This document shows, piece after piece, positions 1 to 7,353 of a stretch of 64,000 bases of DNA; positions within the stretch are counted from its first letter, which is position 1; each line of letters begins with the position of its first letter. Under the pieces are notes generated by a model that searched no databases, was not told the origin of the DNA, and was given only the letters and a program-made list of their open reading frames with translations. Source of the DNA: an uncultured Bacilli bacterium (GTDB lineage Bacteria; Bacillota_I; Bacilli_A; RF39; UBA660). The stretch lies in contig CAJUNE010000002.1 in assembly GCA_910587745.1 (NCBI GenBank), positions 2,097 to 66,096 on the forward strand. The letters are read 5' to 3'. The translations under genes were made by a program, and so were the position numbers.

Positions 1-1
1 A

Positions 2-544
2 TATGGTACTTTTAGTTTGCGCGACCATCGTGGTGTAATTTATGGACCTTTTAATCCTTTATATGGTTTTGGTATTGTGATAATAGTTATTATTTTAGGT
101 AGAAAAAAAAGACATCCTTATAAAACTTTTATTTATGGAGCTATACTTGGTGGTTTGATTGAATATGTTGCAAGCTTTTTATTAGAATTTGTCTTGGGCG
201 CTAAATCTTGGGATTATAGCGACCAAATACTTAATATTAATGGTCGTACTTCAATTTCTTATATGATATTCTGGGGATTTGCGATGATGCTTTTAATTCA
301 CTTTGTTCTTCCTTGGATATCTAAAAAAATAGAGTCTATTCCTAAAAAAATCGGCGATTTATTAGTTAAGTTTTTTGTCATTTTTTTAAGTATCGATATG
401 CTTATTTCTTTTACTGCACTTGCAAGACAAGTTTTACGCCATAAAGGATATGAACCTCTAACTTTTATTGGCGAATTTTATGATAAAGTTTATACAGATG
501 AATTTTTAAAAAAGATATATGTTAATATGAGTTTTGAGGATTAG
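2..544 (+). CDS. polytopic membrane protein, 5'-truncated by the window edge (putative ABC-transporter type IV / DUF1113-like)
   Basis: The reading frame is open to nt 2, and the TTG at 17 is probably not the true start. Several hydrophobic segments. RGVIYGPFNPLYGFG resembles the conserved N-terminal motif of that family. Confidence 0.55.
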   Translation, partial: YGTFSLRDHRGVIYGPFNPLYGFGIVIIVIILGRKKRHPYKTFIYGAILGGLIEYVASFLLEFVLGAKSWDYSDQILNINGRTSISYMIFWGFAMMLLIHFVLPWISKKIESIPKKIGDLLVKFFVIFLSIDMLISFTALARQVLRHKGYEPLTFIGEFYDKVYTDEFLKKIYVNMSFED

Positions 545-548
545 TATT

Positions 549-1769
549 ATGTTTGAAGTTGTTAGTGTTTTTCTTATTGTACTTGGTTTGTTATGGCTTT
601 TTAGTACTGCTTTTTTAGCTAGATTTAATAAAAATTTTCCTAAAACAAAAAGACCAGAAATGGAAAATATTTGTTTCTTGATTCCTGCACGTGATGAATC
701 AAAAGTTATTGAAGATTTACTCATAAGTATTTCTAAACAATCTTTTAAAAAAGGGTTGAAAAATGTTTATATCATAGTTGAATCTAGTAATGACCCTACT
801 GTTTCTATTGCTAAAAAATATGGCGCTACTATTTTTGTTAGAAAAAATCTAAATTTAAAAAGCAAAGGTTATGCTCTTCAAGAAATAGTTAAAGACCTTG
901 TTTCAAAAAATATTTATTATGATGCATATTTTATATGTGATGCTGATAATGTATTAGATAAAGATTTTGTTAAAGAAATGAATAATTCTTATATGGATGG
1001 ATACGATATTGTTACTAGTTATAGAAACTTAAAAAATGGAAATGATTCTATTATTAGTGCTTGCTCTGGCATTACTTTTCAGTTTTTAAATTCTAATGGC
1101 AATGAAACGAAAAGTAAACAGTCTAGAAATGTTACTCTATCTGGTACTGGTTTATTTATAGCGGGTGAATTAATAAAAAAATGGAATGATTTTCCTTTTC
1201 ACTCTTTAACAGAAGATTATGAACTTACTTTATATTCCATTTTAAATAATCTTACTAGTACTTATAATAAAAAAGCGATGTTTTATGATGAGCAACCTAT
1301 TAAATATAAAAATACTATAAATCAAAGAGTTCGTTGGATTAAAGGTTATTTTAATGTTAGAAAAGAATATATTCCTAAGTTTAGAAAAGTTTTAAATAAT
1401 AATCCTAATTTTGGCTCTTTAATTACTGAAATAACGGGTATGAAACCTTATATTTTAATGATAGTAGGTGCAATTTTTTATATAATACAACAAATAATTA
1501 ATATAGTGTTACATAAATTTATATTATGGTCTTTATTTAAAATCTTTTTAATATTTTTCTTAGCTTATTTCTTATTTTCAATGATGACCCTCTTTGTTAT
1601 TTATAAAGATAAAAATATAAACTTAAATAAAAGTATGAAAGTAAAAACTTGTTTATTTAGTCCCCTATTCTTTGTAACTTATGTTCCTTGTGCTCTAAGG
1701 ACATTATTTAAAAAAGAAGTTAATTGGGAAAAGGTTGAACATTCAAGAAGATGGGATGAAAAAAGTTAG
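549..1769 (+). CDS. membrane-bound family-2 glycosyltransferase
   Basis: FLIPARDE, CDADN (DxD-like) and TEDYELT motifs, with N- and C-terminal TM segments. ATG 549 lies 8 nt after GAGGA; the ORF track starts at TTG 534. Confidence 0.75.
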   Translation: MFEVVSVFLIVLGLLWLFSTAFLARFNKNFPKTKRPEMENICFLIPARDESKVIEDLLISISKQSFKKGLKNVYIIVESSNDPTVSIAKKYGATIFVRKNLNLKSKGYALQEIVKDLVSKNIYYDAYFICDADNVLDKDFVKEMNNSYMDGYDIVTSYRNLKNGNDSIISACSGITFQFLNSNGNETKSKQSRNVTLSGTGLFIAGELIKKWNDFPFHSLTEDYELTLYSILNNLTSTYNKKAMFYDEQPIKYKNTINQRVRWIKGYFNVRKEYIPKFRKVLNNNPNFGSLITEITGMKPYILMIVGAIFYIIQQIINIVLHKFILWSLFKIFLIFFLAYFLFSMMTLFVIYKDKNINLNKSMKVKTCLFSPLFFVTYVPCALRTLFKKEVNWEKVEHSRRWDEKS

Positions 1770-1795
1770 TAATTGTATAGTTACTAACCTTTTTT
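1765..1795 (+). terminator. rho-independent terminator of the GT2 gene
   Basis: GTTAGTAA (1765-1772) pairs with TTACTAAC (1781-1788) and is followed by a T-run. Confidence 0.7.
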
Positions 1796-1832
1796 ATTAA
1801 TATGTGATATATGTAAAAAATGTAAATAATTA

Positions 1833-2078
1833 TTATTTTTCTATATCATCAAATAATTGTTTTAAATCTATATTAAGTGCTTTAGCAATTCGACTTAAAC
1901 TATCTAGACGGGGTCTTACTACCATTTTTAGGGATTCTAAATTTCTAATAAATTGATGCGAAAATCCACTTCTATCTGCTAATTCTTGTGATGTAATATT
2001 GGCTAGATTTCTATACTTTTTTATATTTACTCTAGCAACATAATAACAATAATCATCACTATTTTTGTTATAGTTCAT
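1833..2078 (-). CDS. XRE-family helix-turn-helix transcriptional regulator
   Basis: ITSQELADRSGFSHQFIRNLE is a typical HTH_3 core; 81 aa. Confidence 0.8.
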   Translation of the reverse strand: MNYNKNSDDYCYYVARVNIKKYRNLANITSQELADRSGFSHQFIRNLESLKMVVRPRLDSLSRIAKALNIDLKQLFDDIEK

Positions 2079-2224
2079 AATATCACCTATATATATTATC
2101 TGTAAAAATTGTAAAAAAATATGTACTTAGTTCAAAGACATTATTAACAATAAAAGCTTACCTTAAATTATTCTAATGTGGTATAATATTTTTGGATTAG
2201 TAATAGAAAAAGCAACTATATAAG

Positions 2225-2476
2225 TTACTTCATATCAACTCTATTAGGTAATTGTTTGTGAGTATTTTTTGTTTCTTGGAAAAGAATGTGAGGTTCGATT
2301 TCTAATACTTTGGAAATAAGTTCTATTTTTTCAAATTTCGGACCATATTTTCCACTTTCTATTTCACTTATGTAGGAAGGATTTAAATCAACTTTTTCAG
2401 CAAATTTTTCTTGAGTTAAGCCTTTCTTATAGCGATAGTAGCGCATATTTTTTCCAAAAACTTCTTTTAGAGTCAT
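2225..2476 (-). CDS. XRE-family helix-turn-helix transcriptional regulator
   Basis: LTQEKFAEKVDLNPSYISEIESGK is an HTH_3 core. The likely start is Met24 of the tracked ORF (MTLKEVFGKNMRYYR); the ORF extends to 2545. Confidence 0.7.
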   Translation of the reverse strand: MTLKEVFGKNMRYYRYKKGLTQEKFAEKVDLNPSYISEIESGKYGPKFEKIELISKVLEIEPHILFQETKNTHKQLPNRVDMK

Positions 2477-2581
2477 TGTACCAACCACCAATACTAATAA
2501 TATGGTACAATTTTCTTTTATAATACTCCATTGAGTTAAACTCAAAGAAGTTACTAATCTTAGAAAAGAGGAAATACTTTA

Positions 2582-3004
2582 ATGAATTCAAAAGAACAGG
2601 AACTCTATCAATATATTGTTGGTATAAGTTGGGAACCTTATATTTATAATTATATTGAATTAATTTATAATAAAGCTCAATCTTTAGAAAAAGATAGCAG
2701 GAATAGGTCTAAACTTATTGATAGTACATTATTTAGAATTTTTACAAATCTGAAAAATACAATAAAGATTAATGACTATGATAAAATATTAGAAAAGATA
2801 GGTTCTAATGAAGAATATGAATTGGCTTTTAAAATAATAAAAACTTTTTATAATGATGAATTTATAGAGAATAATGCTATAAATACTTTATTAGAATTAG
2901 TACAACAATATAGATTTAATAAAGATAAACCTTTACTTATACTAACTAATGATGTTTTAATGTGCATACTTTCTATACATTATGTTTATTGTGTAAAAAA
3001 ATAA
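2582..3004 (+). CDS. hypothetical protein (140 aa)
   Basis: An ORF with a good RBS (AAAGAGGAAA) 6-7 nt upstream. No recognisable motif. Confidence 0.5.
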   Translation: MNSKEQELYQYIVGISWEPYIYNYIELIYNKAQSLEKDSRNRSKLIDSTLFRIFTNLKNTIKINDYDKILEKIGSNEEYELAFKIIKTFYNDEFIENNAINTLLELVQQYRFNKDKPLLILTNDVLMCILSIHYVYCVKK

Positions 3005-3010
3005 CTTTTT

Positions 3011-3095
3011 ATTATTTTTACAGATTTTGTGTTTTTAGCTAGACAGATTTTATGTATTCTGTTTTTGACTTGTGTCTTTTTGTATGGTATCTTGA
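3011..3095 (+). promoter_or_regulatory. promoter with upstream CAGATTT-type repeats (paralog of 47090-47232)
   Basis: TTGACT (3065-3070), a 17-nt spacer containing a TGn extension, then TATCTT. It is preceded by ACAGATTTT and TAGCTAGACAGATTTT. About 65 nt are roughly 80 % identical to 47165-47230. Confidence 0.55.
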
Positions 3096-3116
3096 TTGGT
3101 GAAAGGAATATTTTAT

Positions 3117-4022
3117 ATGAAAGAAGAAAATTATTATATTGAAATTGAGAATTATATTAAAAGAAATGAAACAAATAAAAGGAGAAGAAATCTTGAAGAT
3201 AATTACGATACTCTAAATAATTATTGGAATATCGGTAAGCTTATAGTGGAAGCTCAAGGAGGAAGTAATAGAGCAAAGTATGGAAATGAGTTAATTAAAG
3301 AATGGAGTTTAAATCTTACTCGGAATTATGGCAAAGGTTATGATTATACTAATTTATCTAGATTTAGAAAATTGTATATAGCATTTCCGAATCTTGGGCC
3401 ACTGGCCCAACTATCTTGGACTGTTATTTGTAAACTATTACCGATTAAAGATATGAATAAAAGAAATTATTATATTAATTTATGTATTGAAAGGAATTTA
3501 TCTAAAAGACAATTATTAGAAGAAATTAAATCTAATAATTATGAAAGATTAGTTAACAAACCTAAACATATTGAATTAGTTTCACTAAAAAAAGAATATT
3601 TTACTTTTGAAGATATAAAAAGCCCAATAATTATAAAAATAGATAAAAATAAAATAATTAAAAGCGAAAAAGACTTAGAGTTAACAATATTATCAGAAAT
3701 AGAATTTATTTTAATGCAATTTGGTAAAGGCTTTACTTTTGTTGGGAGTCGGTATAAGATTAATAATTATTATATTGATTTATTATTATTTAATATTGAA
3801 TTAAATTCTTATGTAGTAGTAGAGTTAAAGGTGAGGAAATTAAAGCCCGAAGATAAAGCTCAAACAGAAATGTATATGAATTTAGTTGATAATAACTTAA
3901 AAAAATCTTTTCATAATAAAACTATTGGGATAATAATTAGTAAAGAACAAGATGAATATATTGCTAATTTTGTTAGAAGTAATAACTTAATACCTTTAGA
4001 ATATATTATAGAGAACAACTAA
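3117..4022 (+). CDS. DUF1016 / YhcG-family PD-(D/E)xK nuclease-like protein
   Basis: The N-terminal helical region plus the C-terminal IDLLLF...VVVELKVRK (D...ExK) is typical of YhcG. ATG 3117 follows GAAAGGAA. Confidence 0.7.
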   Translation: MKEENYYIEIENYIKRNETNKRRRNLEDNYDTLNNYWNIGKLIVEAQGGSNRAKYGNELIKEWSLNLTRNYGKGYDYTNLSRFRKLYIAFPNLGPLAQLSWTVICKLLPIKDMNKRNYYINLCIERNLSKRQLLEEIKSNNYERLVNKPKHIELVSLKKEYFTFEDIKSPIIIKIDKNKIIKSEKDLELTILSEIEFILMQFGKGFTFVGSRYKINNYYIDLLLFNIELNSYVVVELKVRKLKPEDKAQTEMYMNLVDNNLKKSFHNKTIGIIISKEQDEYIANFVRSNNLIPLEYIIENN

Positions 4023-4032
4023 AAAAGATGCC

Positions 4033-4674
4033 TTAATCTTTGGCATCTCCTATAATGCTTAATAAACGTATGAATATATTTATAAAGTCTAAATATAATT
4101 CAAATGCGCCATTAATAGCTAATACTTCATTATCAATGTTTTCTTCACTTAATTCTTTAATCTTTTGAATATCATATGCTGTATATCCGAAAAATACTAC
4201 TAAAGTAATGATTGATACAATTAAATCAAATGTATCATTACCAATGAATACATTGATAATTGAACATACTATGACTGCTAATAAACCCATTAATAATATT
4301 GTTCCAATATTACTTAAGTCTGTATTTGTTTTATATCCTATCATACCGAATAACCCAAATACTAATGCTGCGATTAAGAATACCATCATTACAGAATCTA
4401 GTTCAAATAAAACAAAGATACTTGAGAATGTTAGACCAGTTACAAATGAATATAACAAGAAGCATATTTTAGCTGTTGTCGGACTCATTTTTCTTACTCT
4501 TATTGAAAAGAATATTACTAATGCAAACTCAGCGATAATAAATACCCAATATAATGAACTATTAAATACTGCATCTAACATTGTTTCACTTATTGATACT
4601 ACATAACCTGTTGCAAATGTAACTAATAAACCAATAAACATCCACAAGAATGATTTTGATAGTAATTTATTCAT
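4033..4674 (-). CDS. Bax-inhibitor-1 / YccA-family membrane protein
   Basis: Seven predicted TM segments, and the C-terminal AINGAFELYLDFINIFIRLL is typical of the BI-1 family. Confidence 0.8.
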   Translation of the reverse strand: MNKLLSKSFLWMFIGLLVTFATGYVVSISETMLDAVFNSSLYWVFIIAEFALVIFFSIRVRKMSPTTAKICFLLYSFVTGLTFSSIFVLFELDSVMMVFLIAALVFGLFGMIGYKTNTDLSNIGTILLMGLLAVIVCSIINVFIGNDTFDLIVSIITLVVFFGYTAYDIQKIKELSEENIDNEVLAINGAFELYLDFINIFIRLLSIIGDAKD

Positions 4675-4736
4675 TTTATCCTCCTTTTTCTATTTATATT
4701 ATAGCATATTTTATAGTATTCGTAAACTTTACTATT

Positions 4737-5837
4737 TTAAACATTAAATCTAAAATATACTATGTCGCCATCTTGCATTAAATAGTCTTTACCTTCAAGT
4801 CTTAATTTACCGGCTTCTTTAACTTTAAGTTCACTACCATATTCTTTTAAATCATCAAAACTTGTTACTTCTGCTTTTATAAATCCTCTTTCAATGTCAC
4901 TATGAATTATTCCTGCACAAACCCGCGCATTCATTCCATCTTTAAATGTCCATGCGCGACATTCATCTGGACCGCTTGTAAAAAATGTTTTTAAACCAAG
5001 TAAATTATAAGTTGCAAATATTAATTTATCTAATCCACTATTTGAAATCCCTAATTCACTTAAAAATACTTTTTTATCATCGTCTGATAACTCTGATAAT
5101 TCTGATTCCATTTTGGCACACATAACTATTACACCGCTATTTTCTTTTGATGCATAATCTTTTACTTCTTTGGTATAATTATTATCTCCTATAACTATAT
5201 CTTCTTCACTTACATTAGCAGCATATATAAGAGGTTTTAATGTAATAAAATTAAAAGGTTTCATTACTAATAATTCATCTTCATTCCACTCAACTCTTCT
5301 TAAAGGAATATTTTGTTCTAGATTAGTTTTAGCTTTTGTTAATGTATTTACTTCTAATACTGCATCTTTATCTTTGGTTGTCTCTGCTTTCTTTAATATT
5401 TTTCCTAATCTATTTTCAATGATTTCTAAATCCGCTAGGATAAGCTCTACATTTATTATTTCTATATCTCTAACTGGATTAGTTTTTCCTTCAACATGAG
5501 TTATGTTTTCATCATCAAAACATCTTACTACTTCGACGATTGCATCAGTTTCTCTAATATGACTTAAAAATTTGTTTCCTAAACCTTCACCTTTAGATGC
5601 TCCACTTACTAAACCTGCTATATCGGTAAATTCGAAAGTGGTGGGAACAGTACTTTTTGGTAAATACATATTTTCTAGGTATGTTAATCTTTCATCTGGT
5701 ACAGTTACCATTCCTACATTGGGCTCAATAGTCGCAAAAGGATAATTAGCTGCTAAAATATTTTTTTTAGTTATCGCATTAAATAGGGTTGATTTACCTA
5801 CATTGGGTAAACCTACAATTCCTGCTTTTAAACTCAT
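4737..5837 (-). CDS. ychF: ribosome-binding ATPase YchF
   Basis: GIVGLPNVGKSTLFNA P-loop, ANYPFATIEPNVG, and a TGS-like C-terminus ending DGDIVYFRFNV; 366 aa. Confidence 0.95.
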   Translation of the reverse strand: MSLKAGIVGLPNVGKSTLFNAITKKNILAANYPFATIEPNVGMVTVPDERLTYLENMYLPKSTVPTTFEFTDIAGLVSGASKGEGLGNKFLSHIRETDAIVEVVRCFDDENITHVEGKTNPVRDIEIINVELILADLEIIENRLGKILKKAETTKDKDAVLEVNTLTKAKTNLEQNIPLRRVEWNEDELLVMKPFNFITLKPLIYAANVSEEDIVIGDNNYTKEVKDYASKENSGVIVMCAKMESELSELSDDDKKVFLSELGISNSGLDKLIFATYNLLGLKTFFTSGPDECRAWTFKDGMNARVCAGIIHSDIERGFIKAEVTSFDDLKEYGSELKVKEAGKLRLEGKDYLMQDGDIVYFRFNV

Positions 5838-5876
5838 TTTTATTCCTCTTTTCTGTATTTTATTATAACATATTTA

Positions 5877-6818
5877 TTAATATTCTTTTAGTATTTTTAA
5901 ATAGTTCTTTAATTCATTACTAGGATTTATTTCTAAGCAATAGTTTATTCTTCCTATAATGCTATTTAAATATTTCTCTTTATCTTTTTTTAGATGTTTA
6001 CAATGACTTTCTAGTCCATATTTTTTTATATAATACATCTCTTGTCTTATTTTTCTTTTATATTCTTTCATTATATTTATTTTCTTATTTACTATTATAC
6101 CTGTTACTAATTGTCTACTATTATTTTGGATAACTTTTGTTTTTTTCTCATTTAAATTATATCCCATTTCCTCTAAAAAAACTTCAACTTTATTCTTAAG
6201 CTTTTTGACATTAAAATCACCTGAAAATGTTAAATCATCACAATATCTTGTGTAACTTATTTTTCTGTCTTCACAATATTTTCCTATATATTCATCAAAA
6301 TTTTTTAAAGCTAAATTTGATAAATAAGGACTGGTAGGAGCGCCTTGTGGTAAATAATCATAGTATGTACATAGTTTAACTAATAATACTTTTATTTCTT
6401 TAGGGAATATACTATTTGGTAAGGAATTATAAATATTCTCAAATGTGATGTTAGTAAAAAAATCTTTTATGTCTAGTTTTAAAATGACTTTTTTATCTAT
6501 ATGAGGATAAGCATTGTCTACTAGTTTTTTATTTGGTATGTATGCACAGGCATATTTAGATATTTTTAAACCATATAAAACATTATTTAATATATTCTTT
6601 TGAATACTTTTTAAGATTGGTTTTGGTACTAATAACTCTCTTTTAGTCCCATCTTTTTTATTTATATATTTGGAAGTATAAAACTTTTCAGGTTTATTAC
6701 TTATAGTGTATAAGATATTTAATTTTTCTTTATCACTAAACTTATTTTTTACTAAGTCTAATGATAAAATAAATTCCTTAATTTGTTCTTTGGTTAAATA
6801 CTTCCACATTAAAATCAC
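5877..6818 (-). CDS. retron-type reverse transcriptase
   Basis: LPQGAPTSPYLSNL, YTRYCDDLTFSG (YxDD), NAYPH (NAxxH) and RQLVTGIIVNKK (VTG). About 310 aa with no extra domain. The probable true start is ATG 6809, after AAAGGTGA. Confidence 0.85.
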   Translation of the reverse strand: MILMWKYLTKEQIKEFILSLDLVKNKFSDKEKLNILYTISNKPEKFYTSKYINKKDGTKRELLVPKPILKSIQKNILNNVLYGLKISKYACAYIPNKKLVDNAYPHIDKKVILKLDIKDFFTNITFENIYNSLPNSIFPKEIKVLLVKLCTYYDYLPQGAPTSPYLSNLALKNFDEYIGKYCEDRKISYTRYCDDLTFSGDFNVKKLKNKVEVFLEEMGYNLNEKKTKVIQNNSRQLVTGIIVNKKINIMKEYKRKIRQEMYYIKKYGLESHCKHLKKDKEKYLNSIIGRINYCLEINPSNELKNYLKILKEY

Positions 6819-6824
6819 CTTTAA

Positions 6825-7001
6825 AAAGCAGTACTTTAAAATTATCTTATATAGATATCATGGACAAAAGTATAATGAAATTATACCTTAGCCTTTAGGC
6901 GGGTCCTTGCTAGCTATATTAGTAAATGAGTTATATAAAATCTTTCGAATAAGCGACTCGCTTTTCTATCTGCTATTTCAAACAGAAACCTCTACTGCTT
7001 T
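6825..7001 (-). ncRNA. candidate retron msr/msd non-coding RNA
   Basis: A 9-bp inverted repeat: AAAGCAGTA (7001-6993) and TACTGCTTT (6833-6825). G6992 follows directly after the 5' repeat. Internal hairpins include GTATAAT-TTC-ATTATAC. It starts just downstream of an extended -10 and ends just before the RT RBS. Confidence 0.45.
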
Positions 7002-7007
7002 ATTCGT

Positions 7008-7016
7008 ATTATAACA
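7008..7016 (-). promoter_or_regulatory. extended -10 promoter element in front of the candidate msr/msd
   Basis: TGtTATAAT read on the minus strand. The predicted TSS falls at about 7001-7003, the first bases of the a2-like repeat. Confidence 0.45.
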
Positions 7017-7050
7017 GATATAATATTAAAATGCACTAATTATTTTTTTA

Positions 7051-7345
7051 TTATGTCGAAATCTGTCGTACGAATTTTGTTGCTATTTACTCTTTAATAA
7101 TTTAGAATAATAACTTGAGCGTTAGGGCTAATGCATTTACTTATACCATTATTTTTTATTCTATTACATTCCCTTGGGGGTTTTGACGTAGAAAGGAAGT
7201 GATGTTGTGGAGTTTCGGATAAGAGTAATTTTACCGTTTAAAAAAACATTAGTCTTAAAGATAAGGCTAATGCTTACACGCAAGTAGTAGGCGTTAGACT
7301 AACCCTAACGCTCTACTAATTTAATATTAACATATTTTTTAAATA
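7051..7345 (-). ncRNA. structured RNA locus, paralog A (unknown family), directly upstream of the retron
   Basis: Conserved extended -10 (TGtTAATAT, -10 at 7329-7324). An 11-bp closing helix pairs 7313-7303 with 7127-7117. Helices are compensated relative to paralog B. No ORF is conserved between the copies. The 3' tail (7051-7123) is conserved. Confidence 0.6.
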
Positions 7346-7353
7346 ATTACAAC

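Noticed and set aside
4208-4606. Numerous 60-150-aa ORFs in the track lie antisense to long genes. Examples: 506-724, 4208-4606, 8495-8743, 8886-9143, 9106-9384, 13470-13712, 16859-17281, 19393-19770, 25160-25606, 28992-29450, 36885-37280, 38289-38618, 38734-39060, 48140-48478, 52815-53081, 60082-60525, 61379-61672 and 62384-62689.
   Set aside because: They lie entirely within, and opposite to, well-supported genes. They have the Leu/Phe/Ser/Ile-rich composition typical of antisense frames in AT-rich DNA, and they lack ribosome-binding sites.
7053-7185. Short ORFs on the antisense strand of the RNA paralogs. One is a 14-aa ORF in the tail (MSKSVVRILLLFTL in copy A, MSKSVVRILLPFNT in copy B). 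The other is a 23/24-aa ORF starting at GGGCTAATG (MHLLIPLFFILLHSLGGFDVERK in A, MSAFSIHYPTLLYPTGFWASKECD in B). Copy B also has a 29-aa sense ORF.
   Set aside because: There is no usable Shine-Dalgarno spacing. The longer peptides are not conserved between copies, since the conservation is at the nucleotide and helix level. The 29-aa ORF has no counterpart in copy A.
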